DNA from: Pelagomonas calceolata
Lineage: Eukaryota
Length of the DNA: 64,000 nucleotides
Reading direction: 5' to 3'
NCBI GenBank assembly: GCA_918797485.1
Contig: CAKKNE010000003.1
Coordinates: 1,550,001 to 1,614,000, forward strand
Below are positions 51,496 to 62,800 of this stretch, piece after piece. Under the pieces are notes generated by a model that saw only the letters and a list, made by a program, of their open reading frames with translations, was not told the origin of the DNA and did not search any database. The translations under genes were made by a program, and so were the position numbers. Each line of letters opens with the position of its first letter. The stretch's first letter is position 1.

Positions 51496-52171
51496 TTTTG
51501 TCAAAGGATGTAAATTTGACGTATTTTTTTGGGAGATGGGGGGCTGGGGTTCGCCCTAGGGCGTGTTAACTTTGGTGTGCGCCTCCCGCTAATTTTGGGG
51601 CGCTAAGGCGACGTACGGCAAAGCGCTGCGTTCTCTTCACCGAGGGCACTTGCGCGTCGGATCTTGCTTTCGCAAGCCGGCCTAGGGCTGTACGAGAGTC
51701 TCCTGAGCGCAGCGGGGCGCCGGCCTACTGAAAATGGCGTCCGCCGGAGCTCCAAAGTTTCCCGCCACAATGTGAGATGTTGCTCTCTGCCGCCGAGGCG
51801 ACCCCCCTAAAACGCGGAGTCGTCGCCGCCAAACGTCTCCCAAGGACGACTCAAAGGAAAGTTCACTGGGGCCCAGCTCGATATAATCGAAAACTCGAGT
51901 TTGAGGCCCAAGCACCCAAGCTCGACCCAGCGCTCTTGGCGCCACTATGGCAGGTTCGAGGCCTCCTCTGGACGCGCCCAAGCGTACAACGCGGCGGGCG
52001 ACCTGCACGCTCCGAGGCACCGAGTACACGTCCCCCACCCGCAAACGCGGCCGGCACGCATCGCCTGAGGCCGAGCGGATTGATAGTACTAGCTCCCATA
52101 TACTGGACTGCCGCGCTGAAACGGCGAGCTCTGGCGTGCGGCTGGTGCCAAGAAATAGCTCTCAAAAAGCA

Positions 52172-52885
52172 ATGCCTCGAATCCACAGCCTCGTCGCGGC
52201 CGCATGCGTTCTAAGAGCGCACGCCCTCCACCCGTTACAAACCTTTCCGGTCGGCCGCCCACTTTTGCCGCTGGACACCATTAGTTACGGCATGGAGGCA
52301 GCCGCGTTCGAGGCGCTGACCGAGCACACCACTGACGAGAGGAGTCCCATGGTAGTAGGGCTCCAAGCGAGAGGAACGGACGTCGGCACGCTGTGCATTC
52401 TTGATGCTTCGCGGGCGACCGAAGAGTTCGGGCGGATGAGGGTACCCGCGGCGGCCGTCGGCCGCTACCGGCGCGTCGCCGAGAACCAGGTCGTGCCGCT
52501 CCGCGACACCCCTAGAAAGGGCGACGCGAAGCGCGAGGCCGCGGCGACGGACGCCTGGCTGGCCCGGAGTTTAGATGAGGCGGTTCGACAAATGGGCGCC
52601 AAGCCGTCACAGGCTCTCAAAGAGCTCCAGGACGCCGAGCGCGACAGCGTATTACGGTTCGGGCCGGAGAATCCCAGGGCCGCCCTGGAGGCGTCCGTGC
52701 TTCGGCTTCCGCGCGCGTTCGCGGATTTCGCAGCAGCGCGACGCGAGCTCCACGCGTTCGCGCTGGCGCGGGCGTCCGGCGCGCTCGACGCCTCCGAGGC
52801 GAGGCGTATCCTGGAAGGCGCGTCGACGGGCGCGCGGCTCGACGACGCGCGGGAACGGTTCTCCCGCGTCTATGTGCCTAACTAG
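52172..52885 (+). CDS. Hypothetical protein, weakly Lon N-terminal-like, with signal-like leader
   Basis: MPRIHSLVAAACVLRAHAL; FP..RPLLP, VGTLC.L, VGRYR, L...STGARL. Confidence 0.5.
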   Translation: MPRIHSLVAAACVLRAHALHPLQTFPVGRPLLPLDTISYGMEAAAFEALTEHTTDERSPMVVGLQARGTDVGTLCILDASRATEEFGRMRVPAAAVGRYRRVAENQVVPLRDTPRKGDAKREAAATDAWLARSLDEAVRQMGAKPSQALKELQDAERDSVLRFGPENPRAALEASVLRLPRAFADFAAARRELHAFALARASGALDASEARRILEGASTGARLDDARERFSRVYVPN

Positions 52886-52900
52886 TTGTTGTTCAAAAGG

Positions 52901-54161
52901 CTACAATTTTGGATTCCCCCAAGCCGAGTCGGGCGCATGCGAGAACTCGACCCCTCCAGAAACGTGGCCCCGGTCCCAGTTGCCCGTGATCGAGTCGCCC
53001 GAGGGCAGCGTCAGCGTCCCGCGGCCGTGCTTTAAGCCGTCGGCGAACTCGCCCGCGTAGACCTTCCCATCCGCGGCACAAGTGAACGTCCCGGAGCCGT
53101 GCCGCAGGTTATCCTTCCAGTCGCCCTCGTACACGTCGCCCGTCGTGTACTGCAAAGTGCCGCGGCCGTGCGCGGCGTCCTTGCGCCACATCCCTTCATA
53201 GCGGTCGCCGTTCGCGTATTGGAGCGTGCCCTCTCCATCTTTATTGCCGTCCTTCCACTGACCCACATACCTATCTCCGGACGCGTACGTTAAGGTACCT
53301 TGCCCGTGTTGTTTGTCGCCGTACCACTCCCCATCATACCGCTCGCCGTCGATATATTGGAGGGAGCCCCGGCCCTCCTTCGCATCTTCCACAAACTCGC
53401 CCACGTACTCGTTGCCGTTCGCGAAGGTGAAGGTCCCGCTGCCGTGCCTGCGCGCGCCGACGGCGTCTCTGGCGCCACCCGTGCGTCGTTTGCCGTCGCA
53501 TCGATGGCGTGCCGGTGGCCACAACGCAATCGACGCGAATGTAAGAAGCCATCGTGCGTGTAATAGATGGACGCCGCAAAACGCGCATCTTGTTGTGCTG
53601 CCACTGGCCGTCGTAGTGACTCCCGTCGGCGTACTGGTACCTTCCATTTCCGTGCATCTGTCCATTTAACATGTCGCCGACGAACTTTTCGTGCACCGAC
53701 CCGTCTTCCCCGCGAAGCGTCCAGACGCCGTGCCCGTGCCACTTGTCCTCGGCCCAGCTCCCCTCGTAGTCGTCGCCGTTATCATGGTACCGACAGCTCC
53801 CTTCGCCGTGCTTCTTCCCGTCCCGCCACTCCCCATCATAGGAAAATTTTGAGGTTTCCAATTTGCCCGTCCCATGGATCTTCCCGTTCACCCAGCTCCC
53901 CTCATAAACATTACCGTCGGCGTACCTCGCCCTACCTTCACCAGAAATCTTGTCCCGGTCCCACTGGCCGTCATACGAGCCACCATCCGCGTACGTATAC
54001 ACGCCGGTCCCGTGCCGCTGGCCGTGCTCCCAGTCGCCCGCGTACTTCTCGCCGTTGCTGTAGACGATAGAACCCTTGCCGTGGAACTTGCCCTCCGACG
54101 AGATGGAGCCGTCGTACTGCATCGTCGTCGTGGGCGCGTCGGCGGCGACGATGGCTGCCAT
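52901..54161 (-). CDS. MORN repeat protein; exons 54161-53587 and 53447-52901
   Basis: Many Y.G.W..G..HG.G repeats split across two ORFs. A GC-AG intron at 53448-53586 restores QHNKMHGSG. Confidence 0.88.
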
Positions 54162-54624
54162 TTACTGCTGGGTGGTTTGTGGCTTTGCTGCCGTCGAAGC
54201 GCTGCGAGCGATTCGACGAAGCTGCTGGTGCGTCTTTGGATCGCTAGAATCAATGCGCGTGCGCTCCGGCACTGTTTTAGCACCGCGAGGCCTCCCAGTT
54301 TTGAGCAGCTCAAAATGGTATGGTACTAGTATGGTACTGGTATGCATATGGGGCTCCAACCCGAACCACGTGGAGTCGTCCGCGACGGGTTGCCCCTCGC
54401 GGACGCGCATCGGGAAAGGCTCGAAGGACGCACATCGGTGCCGCCGAGAAAGGTGCGGGTGCGCTGGCCGCTTCCATTAAAATTTGGTGGCATCGCCGCG
54501 GCGCGCGCTCACGGGCTGCCTCCGCACAGATTGATACAGGCAAAAAGTGCCTCTGCAGCGCCCATTACGCGACAGCAACGCTGTAGCTGCGCGCGGACGC
54601 GAGAGACGCAGCACCAGGACACCA

Positions 54625-55962
54625 ATGGGCAGCTCGAAGGAGTACCACGACCGCCGCGGCGTGAGCGTGCCGCTCTGGCTTGTGCTCTGCATTTTAGGGG
54701 GCGGCGCTTTGGTGCTGTTCATGCCCACGGGCCCCGCGACGCATAGCGTGGTACAACCGAAGGAGCCGTCGAACCTGGAAGCGCTGCGGGCGGAATTAGA
54801 TAGGGAGATCGCATCGTTAGGTAAAACGGAGTCCGTCATGGACACGAGCAAGGCCGCCGCCGCTTCCACTCTACTCGCTGCTTTACCGAAGAAGAAGTAC
54901 AAGAAGACGAAAGCAGAAAAATTGGAGGACGAGCCCTGGAAATCGCAATTGGAGCCGCTCTGGGGTCTGAAACATAATCCTTCGGCGGATGTGGTCATGG
55001 CGCTGGGCTTCGGCTACTCGCAGCGCGAGTTCGCGAGATTTGTTTCGACGCTGCGGAGAACCGAATACAAAGGTGATATTGTCTTAGCGGCGGGCCCTCC
55101 CGAGAAGTTCAAGAGAGGTGTGGTCGAGTACCTGCGGGGCGAAGGCGTATTAGCCTACCAGTTCTCCTACGAGTGCGTCAAGGCGAAGAAAGGTCGGAGG
55201 CTCCTCATGACGCCGGCGGGCTGTATCTTGACGAACTGGTACAAGGATGGCGATAAACGATCACCGAGACCTTTAGCTATCTCCAGATACGAGATGTACC
55301 GGACCTGGTTGTCGTATTACGAACCGACGTCGTGGGGCATCGTGTTTGATTTCCGAGATACGTTCTTCCAGCGCGACCCCTTTACACTCGTAGATAGATC
55401 CGCCAAGGCCCCGAATTTGCACTTGTTCGCTGAAAATAGACAAGTCAAAAGAGTGGGCAACTGCATCTTCAACAGTGGGTGGTTGAGATGTTGGGGCAAA
55501 GAAACGCCTAAAAAATTCGCGAACAATAGCGTCGTGTGTTCCGGAAGTACGATGGGCTCCGTGCCCGCGCTCAAGAGATATACGGAGCGCATGGTCCAAG
55601 AAATGGACAAGATGAAGTGCCACGCCACTCCGGCGCGCACCGAGTCCGACCAGGGCTACCACAACTACTTGTATGATACGGGCGAGCTCGCGAAGCTGCC
55701 AGGGGTCCGCGTGACGCACCACGAGCAGGGCCACGGCATCGTGAACACCATCGGCGCGATGAACGGCTTCCGGGTCCCGAAGCACATGAAGGGCCCGCTC
55801 GACACGCACTGGAAGATCAAGGACAAGGACGGCTGGATCTTGGACTATAACGGCGAGCGGAGCGCGGTGGTGCACCAGTGGGACCGGTTCCACTCCGAGT
55901 GCGTGCGCCACATCGACCGGCTCGCGGACGACTACATGCGGAAGAAGCTGGCGGCGGCCTAA
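54625..55962 (+). CDS. Type II membrane glycosyltransferase-like protein
   Basis: N-terminal TM; DFRDTFFQRDPF, VVCSGSTMG, SDQGYHNYL, VVHQWDR. Confidence 0.7.
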   Translation: MGSSKEYHDRRGVSVPLWLVLCILGGGALVLFMPTGPATHSVVQPKEPSNLEALRAELDREIASLGKTESVMDTSKAAAASTLLAALPKKKYKKTKAEKLEDEPWKSQLEPLWGLKHNPSADVVMALGFGYSQREFARFVSTLRRTEYKGDIVLAAGPPEKFKRGVVEYLRGEGVLAYQFSYECVKAKKGRRLLMTPAGCILTNWYKDGDKRSPRPLAISRYEMYRTWLSYYEPTSWGIVFDFRDTFFQRDPFTLVDRSAKAPNLHLFAENRQVKRVGNCIFNSGWLRCWGKETPKKFANNSVVCSGSTMGSVPALKRYTERMVQEMDKMKCHATPARTESDQGYHNYLYDTGELAKLPGVRVTHHEQGHGIVNTIGAMNGFRVPKHMKGPLDTHWKIKDKDGWILDYNGERSAVVHQWDRFHSECVRHIDRLADDYMRKKLAAA

Positions 55963-56320
55963 GTTAGTCTGTGTGGTCCTATCTTTCCTTGTTGCGACGG
56001 CGTGCCTGGCATACGGCCCTAGAATACGGCCCCATTTACCTGTCCGCGACGGCGTGCCGTGAGGCTGAGGCTGAGGCTAGTTACGTCGCAGGGTTCCCCG
56101 TACCCCTCCCGCTCCCCCCGGGCCCACCCGTCCGGCTGGACTAGGACGCAAGGGCTGAGTCCGTGAGGCTAGTATGTATGCGACACGCTAGGTTCGGCCC
56201 GCGCAGATTTTCAGGGGCCATACCGCTGCTGCTGCTGGGAGCCATCAATTCAGAGATAGGAATTGAATTCCTTTCGTGATTTACTGCTGCGACAGCGCGC
56301 GCCGTTTGCCGCGAGAGGAC

Positions 56321-58159
56321 ATGGCATCTCTCACCGACAGCATGGATGCCTTGACGACGGCAGCGCCGCCATTCGTGTGCGGTATTACAAGAGAGATGCC
56401 GGAGAAGCCAGTAGAGTTGATAGACTGCGGCCATTTGTTCGACCAGGACGCGCTGCGGCGCTGGCGCGCGGCCGGCAAAACGCGCTGCCCGGAATGCAGC
56501 GGTGCGCTGAACTCGCGGCCGTCCTCCGTGGTCGCCAGTTCGCTGCGCGCGTACCGCGCGCGCTCCCGCCGCGATGCCGCTGTTGAGCGGGACGACGTCG
56601 TCGTGGCGAAGGGCCGGCCGCTCGGGAGGGGCTCTCACGGGGTCGTGAAGAAGGCCACTTGGCGCAGTCAACCGGTCGCAGTGAAACAGGTGCCTCTAGA
56701 TGATGATGAAGCCGCGGTAGCCATGCAGCGGGAACTCAAAGCGCTTCGAGCGCTACGGCATCCCAATGTAGTTGCGCTGCTAGGAGCACTCACGGACGAC
56801 GACGAGGGCCTGCTCTGGGCTATATTAGAGTTCGCCCCCCACGGATCGCTGCACCGCATGCTGCACCGGTCGTCGGAGAGCGACATGCGGGCGTGCTTCG
56901 GCGACGCCAAGGCGTTACCGGGGCTCGGCGACGCCTTTTGGGGCATAGCTGTGGATGTTTGCGCCGCGCTGGCGTTCCTGCACCGCCGCAGCGTCATCCA
57001 CGGCGACGTCAAGGCCGCGAACGTATTGCTGGGCAACGGGGGCGTCGCCAAGATCTCGGACTTTGGATTAGCGCGAGTGGTCGGCACTGCGGGATTTACT
57101 CGTACGTCGTCGTCGCACGGAGGAACTGCTGGTTATATGGCACCGGAGCTCGGAGAAGCGGGAGCTTTGGACCGCGACGGCGCATCGGCTGACGTCTTCG
57201 CCGTGGCGGTTCTCCTCGCCGAAGTCCTCACGGGCGATGAACCGTTCGCGGACGCAAGAAATGACGTGGCGATCGCGCTGCGCGTCCGCGACGGCGAGCG
57301 GCCGGCCCTGCCGAAGTCGACGCCGGCGCGGCTGCGCGAGGCGCTGATGAGGTGCTGGGACTCGAATTCGGCCGCGCGGCCCGACGCGAAGGATTTACTA
57401 CTGGACGTGCTGGACCTGCGCCTCGACAACGAGGCGTCGACGGTGCAAGACGACGGCATCGAGGTCGTGAGGGTCACTACGACCACTGGCTGCAAGCAGC
57501 TGTCCTCCGTGCTCGCCGAGCAAGGGCTGAGGGACGTCATACCCATCGTGCGGGAAAACGAGGTCGACATCGAGGCCGCAAGACTCATGGACAACGACGA
57601 CTGGCAGGAGATCGGATTGGACGAGCGGGCCGCGCGAAACGTGGTCGCGTCTCTCGGAACGGATTCGATCCGGCTGAAAGTGCATGCCCAGGGCGAACTC
57701 GTCGAGCTGACAGTGACGACGTCCGAGACGGTCGACACGCTGCTCCAGCGGCTGGAGAGCGAGTACGGGTGCGACGTCGAGCGGCCGTGGTTGTTCCATA
57801 ATTCCAGGGCGCTCCTGGACGGCCGGTCGCTGTTCGACCAGAGGATACGAAATGACGTGAGTCTGGAGCTCCGGCGCAGGCGAACGCCGCCCCTGGGTGT
57901 GCCATTTACGCTCTTTGTCAAGTACCTAGGTACAGGTAGAACGCTCGATCTCACGGTGGAGTCGTGCTTTACGCTGAAGGCGCTCATTCACTTAGCGCTC
58001 GAATCGATGGACCCACCGCGACCGGTGGAGGACGACTGGCGATTCCGCATCAAATACTTTGGACAGTATTTGTTCGCCAGTGAGACGACCCTGGAGCGGG
58101 TCGACGTTGGCAAGGAGGACACCCTGTTTTTGGAGCCGCGAATGGTTGGGGGGTCATGA
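56321..58159 (+). CDS. U-box/RING - TKL kinase - SAM - two ubiquitin-like domains
   Basis: FVCGIT.E...PV..DCGHLFD..AL..W..CP; GRGSHG, VAVK, HGDVKAAN, DFG, YMAPE; SAM-like ENEVDI...DDWQEIGL; ends PRMVGGS. Confidence 0.85.
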   Translation: MASLTDSMDALTTAAPPFVCGITREMPEKPVELIDCGHLFDQDALRRWRAAGKTRCPECSGALNSRPSSVVASSLRAYRARSRRDAAVERDDVVVAKGRPLGRGSHGVVKKATWRSQPVAVKQVPLDDDEAAVAMQRELKALRALRHPNVVALLGALTDDDEGLLWAILEFAPHGSLHRMLHRSSESDMRACFGDAKALPGLGDAFWGIAVDVCAALAFLHRRSVIHGDVKAANVLLGNGGVAKISDFGLARVVGTAGFTRTSSSHGGTAGYMAPELGEAGALDRDGASADVFAVAVLLAEVLTGDEPFADARNDVAIALRVRDGERPALPKSTPARLREALMRCWDSNSAARPDAKDLLLDVLDLRLDNEASTVQDDGIEVVRVTTTTGCKQLSSVLAEQGLRDVIPIVRENEVDIEAARLMDNDDWQEIGLDERAARNVVASLGTDSIRLKVHAQGELVELTVTTSETVDTLLQRLESEYGCDVERPWLFHNSRALLDGRSLFDQRIRNDVSLELRRRRTPPLGVPFTLFVKYLGTGRTLDLTVESCFTLKALIHLALESMDPPRPVEDDWRFRIKYFGQYLFASETTLERVDVGKEDTLFLEPRMVGGS

Positions 58160-58186
58160 TTGTGGATGTATTAAGTAGCTTGTGTA

Positions 58187-58810
58187 TTATTCGACTCGCG
58201 GCGATGGCGTCTCGCGGGCGCGGAGCGCGGCTCGCGCGTCTCGCAGATCGTCCTCAATCCCCATTGTGGTCGGGTGCGCGCCACCGAGCACTTGCCGCGC
58301 GATCCGTCCCGCATCCTCGAGCGTCGTCACGGCCTCGCAGAGATCGTCGAGCGTGGCGCTGGGGTCTTTGTAGAGCACCAGCGCGTAGATCCACCTCGAC
58401 CTGAGCGCATTTTCATGCGAATCCCCGAGGACACGTCGCGCCACGGGCATCGTTCTTCGGAGCAAAGACTTGGCTTCTTCGAAGCGCGATAGACATTGTA
58501 ACGACGCCGCGCAGTTGTTGGCAGCCACGAGGGCTTTCTCATGTTCCTCGCCATTGAGCTTCGCATGTCCGAAGTATACGTCTCGTAGCATGCTGTAGGC
58601 CTCTTCAAGCCGTCCCAGCGCTCCATACGTGTTCGCAAGATTGGTCTGTGCGATGAGAATGCTGCTTTCTGGTCTGCCAAGGCGCCGCAGCATAGACAAC
58701 TCGGCCTCTTTCACGGTCAACGCTTCCTCGTGGTGTTTTGCCGCGGATAATCCGTTCCCAAGTACGGAAATCGCCAATGGCCGCCACACATCCGCCTCCG
58801 GCCGGCCCAT
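58187..58810 (-). pseudogene. TPR (kinesin light chain-like) repeat protein; probably a 5'-truncated copy
   Basis: NLANTYGALGRLEEA, LSRFEEAKSLLRRTMPVARRVLG, QVLGGAHPTT. Begins abruptly about 15 bp after the truncated SGNH domain. Confidence 0.6.
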
Positions 58811-59547
58811 GTTAGCTTATCCCTTAGCAAAATAATCACGACGTCCGCGCCGTCGTCCGCGAAAGTCGCATACTCCGCTTCGTCGACGTACGGCTTCCCA
58901 ACACCGGTCTCGCCGCGTTTCAGCGACGCGCCGGAGACGCCGTAGTTCGCGACGCGCCACGCGTCGCCGAGCTCGTCGCGCTGCATGAGCAGCGGGTAAT
59001 TTAAGTCGTCCGCGCCTTTCGTTATGCTGTCGCCGAGGCACGCGACGACGACGTCCGCGGCCGCCGCGCGCCTCCGTCTCAAGTGGAAAGGGGCCTCCCA
59101 ATGGAATTCATCACCTCTGCGTACAAATTCTTGGCCTGCGCCGCCAAAGGGCCAATTTTGCCTCGTCGCCTGCCGCGAGGCGTGGCGCCGGTGATGAGGT
59201 CGCGGTCGACCGTCGCCCTCGGGGGAAGGGCCGGAAGGCGTAGCATCCGGCCCCGGCCCCGGTGATGATGTCAACGGCACCTTCACGATGCCGTCGATGC
59301 GCCCCCACCCGGGCGGGGACCCGGCCCGCCGCCACCGCCGCCGGTCGGAGGCAGCTTGCGATAACGCCGAAGCGCGGGCGTCGTAACTGGCGGCAAAGTT
59401 GTCGTCTATGTGCAACGCCGCCTTATGCGCCTTCTCGAGCCAGAACTGCTCGTCAGCGTCTTCATTCCACTGAGGGTCGTCCTCGTCGAATTTTGCGGGC
59501 CGGCCTTGCGCAACGACCGCGCCTATCATAAGCAGGACGAGACGCAT
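58717..59547 (-). pseudogene. Signal-peptide protein with a truncated SGNH/GDSL hydrolase domain
   Basis: VACLGDSITKG (block I), VANYGVSG (block II), DVVIILL, then no GTND (block III) and no DxxH; the frame runs out into TPR sequence. Confidence 0.6.
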
Positions 59548-59858
59548 CTTGCAAGCTGCAGTGCAAGGTGTTTCCTACAGAGTTTTCGATTTTTGAGATG
59601 ACTCAGCTGTAACCGAGCTGTTCTCGTGTAGCCATTGTCTCTGTTTGAGCCGCCCGTGAGAGCGTGAACGCGCGTCCGAGCGGTCTCGCGGCCAGCATTC
59701 GCAGAGTTGTTGACAAGCCCGGTTTTGCCGGCTTGCTAGTGTGTTACGGCCCGGATGGGATCCTAACGCGCGGGAGCCCTGAAGCCGCGCCCCGGACGGC
59801 ACAAATACCGAGTCATATTTATATAGTTACACAGGGGGAGAAGGGAAGAGAGGATGAC

Positions 59859-62800
59859 CTAGACGCCCTCGGGATCCTCGATACCCGGCGCCTCGTAGCC
59901 GCCACGCATCGGGTTCGCCACGTGGTCCTCGAAGGACGGCGGCGCGTTAGATACACCGGGCGTCTCCGGCTGCGACCAGGCCGTGCCGCCGAAGGGACTG
60001 TCGAACGCCGACGGCGTCCCGGGCAGCGGCGCGAAGGCCGTCCGCAGGTTCTGGAAGCCGCCGCGGCGCTTCGTCCAGAAGACGTACAATAAAGCGAGGC
60101 CGACGGCCGCCGACGCGAGGCAGGCGACGACGATCAAGGCCGTCGCGGCCGACGACGATGTCCCTGAGTCGTCGTCATCATCATGCTTGGACGAGGGCGC
60201 CACCGGCTGAGCATCATCAGTAGACGGCTCCCTACCCCCAGACTTGGGAGTGACATCATCACTACCACTACCGCCGCACTTGGAAATGACGTCCGTGACT
60301 AGAGATCTTTGCGAGTCAGTGAGCTCGTAGTTTGTATCTAGTAAACAGTCCCACCTTCTTACCGACGGAATCGGCAGGCCACCACAACCCTCTCGGTCGA
60401 CGTAGGCGCACTGCTCCTCCCGAGAGAAGTCCAGCACGCCAAATTGCGCGACCACGGCCGTGCGACAAGCATCAGCATACGCTCCGAGGTAGGCGCAGTC
60501 GATCTGATCCAGGGCGTCGCAGGCCTCGTGCGCCTCCCGCACCACCGACCGGAAGTCGTCGAAATCAGCACAATGAGGAATGGACAATTCATCAGTAGCA
60601 CAGTCGCAGAAGCCCGCGTCGCCGTCATAATAGACTAGAGTCGCTAGCCGCTTCACCAGTTCGTCCTCGCTTTCTTTCCCTTCGGATTCATCGGGCACGG
60701 CCGCCGCCAGGATGGTCATGCACTCCTTGGCCTTCGTATCTTTTTGTTGTAGAGTACTTTCCGTCGCAGCCAACTCCTGCGCGCACTCCTCGAATTGGTC
60801 CAATTCCTTCCAGTCGTAGGTCCCGAGACACAACGCAGGACGACTTTGCCACAAGTCCGGCTCGAAGGGGTCGTCGGCAGCCCGCATCGGCACCGCCTGG
60901 TCGAGGCACGTCATGACGCTCGACGCGGCCTGCCAGCCCTCGAAGTTCTCGTTCACGCTGCACTGTTTATTTCCCGTGCACCGCGTCGGGAGCTTGTCGT
61001 CACCTAACTCGTCATACGCGTAGTAGTAAGTTGTTTGATCATCACCACCGTTCCAAAAGGCGTCGTCGCCCTGGTCGGTCCAGTCGTCCTGGGCCGCTTG
61101 TAACGTACTACAGCCGGCGTCGCACGTGTTCGTAGAGGAACCGGAACCAACAAGCTCGATGCCGCAGGTCTCCGGCGCCGCGCCGGAATTCAAAGCTCTG
61201 ATACTCATATCGGGCATCTGCTCGATGGCCTGCCACGTGACCTCTTCCCGCCATTCTCCACTCGTAGTGGTGATAGAGTAGCAGCCCGGCGCCAGGCAGT
61301 GGTTGTACTCCTTGTAGGCCCCGTCTTGTAACGTATCCGTCGCGAGGACGTTGCCATCCTTCACTACGGAAATGTCGGCGCCGTTCCAGCCGTCGCCCCA
61401 GGAGTCGGTCAGGCGTAATACCAACAGAGCTTGGTTCGCGGGACAGGTGAACTTTGCGGTAGGGGGTGGTGTCACTTTGCCTTCGAGGCCGCACTGTTGC
61501 TTGGCCAATCCTCCAGTGGGGCACTGCGCACCACCCACCGCGAAGGCGCAGTCCGCCTCGTGGGCGCCACTAAAAATAACACCTCCTTCAGTCGGGTCGC
61601 CGAGGGCCCACGCGGGCTTCGCGTTGGCCCCCGACGGTGTAAATTTGAACGCGTAACAACCTTCAGCCAGACAAAGGTCGTCCTCGCCCTGGAAGCCTCC
61701 TAACAATGTACCGGATGTGATTTCTTTGTCGTCCTTGTCCGAGATCGTGTATTGCGCGCCAGACCAGCCGTCGCCCTCGTCGTCATAAAGCTCGAGCTCG
61801 TACGGTAGTTTACCGTCCTCGCAGCCCGTGATTTGCGTGGACGCACACGTCGCCGGGCAGTAGTCGCCGCCAACACTGAAGTCGCACTGGGCGGGGGCGC
61901 CTCCGGTAGCTACCGGGCCGACGCCCTTGGCACCTAACGTCCAAGAAACTTCTTCAGCCCACCAGCCCCAGGCTAAGGTTACCGAATAACATCCGGGATC
62001 CCGGATACAAACGTCATCGACGCCGAAGTGTCCAGCACTTAGGGTACCTGTTTGAATCTGCTCGCCTCGGTGGCCATTGATGTCGTGCTTGTGGACCGAA
62101 TAATCTACGAAACCCCAGCCGTTGAAGCCCGCGTCGAACAATTCCATGACGTAGGCGTGGTCGTGGCAGCCCGTGTCCCTCGCGGCGCACTGGTTCGGGC
62201 AGTACGCCGATTCCCCAATAGAAAAGGAGCACACCGCCGGCGATATACCGGAAGAGACCTGCTGCAACCTCCCAGCTGAATCCGCGGCCTCGACCACCCA
62301 ACTACCTTGCCCCTCGAACTTGGCATCCGAATGCGCTTCAAACACGTAGCAGCCGTCCGCTAAACAGACGTCGACCGGGTCTTCATTCATTGCCGCTCCT
62401 GGCGCTACGGTGCCCGTCGTGACCTCGGAGTAAGAACCCGCGATGACCGAGTACAGAGCGTAGTCCCATGTAGTGTCGTGGGGGTTCGCTACACTTATCG
62501 ACCCCTTCTGCCTGACCCCACAACCCTGCGCTTGCGGATCCCGGCAATTGTACGGCGAGTTACACTCACCTTCGCACGTCGCCTTGCAGCAGTCGCCGCC
62601 GTCCCAATTACACGCCGCGGTATTGTAGCACCCGTCCCGGTCGCATCTCCCATCTCCGACCCACGCCGGGTGCGGGACGTCACAACTGGTGGAGGAGCAC
62701 TCCTTCGGGACCGCGGCGGGCGCGGGCGTGCCGTCCGTGTCAACGGCCTGGGCGCACGACGCCCAGACGCTACATAATAGAGTTGCGGAATGAGATGCAG

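Noticed and set aside
55990..56175. Short repeats (gcgacggcgtgcc twice, gaggct three times, gaggctagt twice) as a mobile element end
   Set aside because: I found no matching terminus, TIR or TSD on the other side of the kinase/TPR region.
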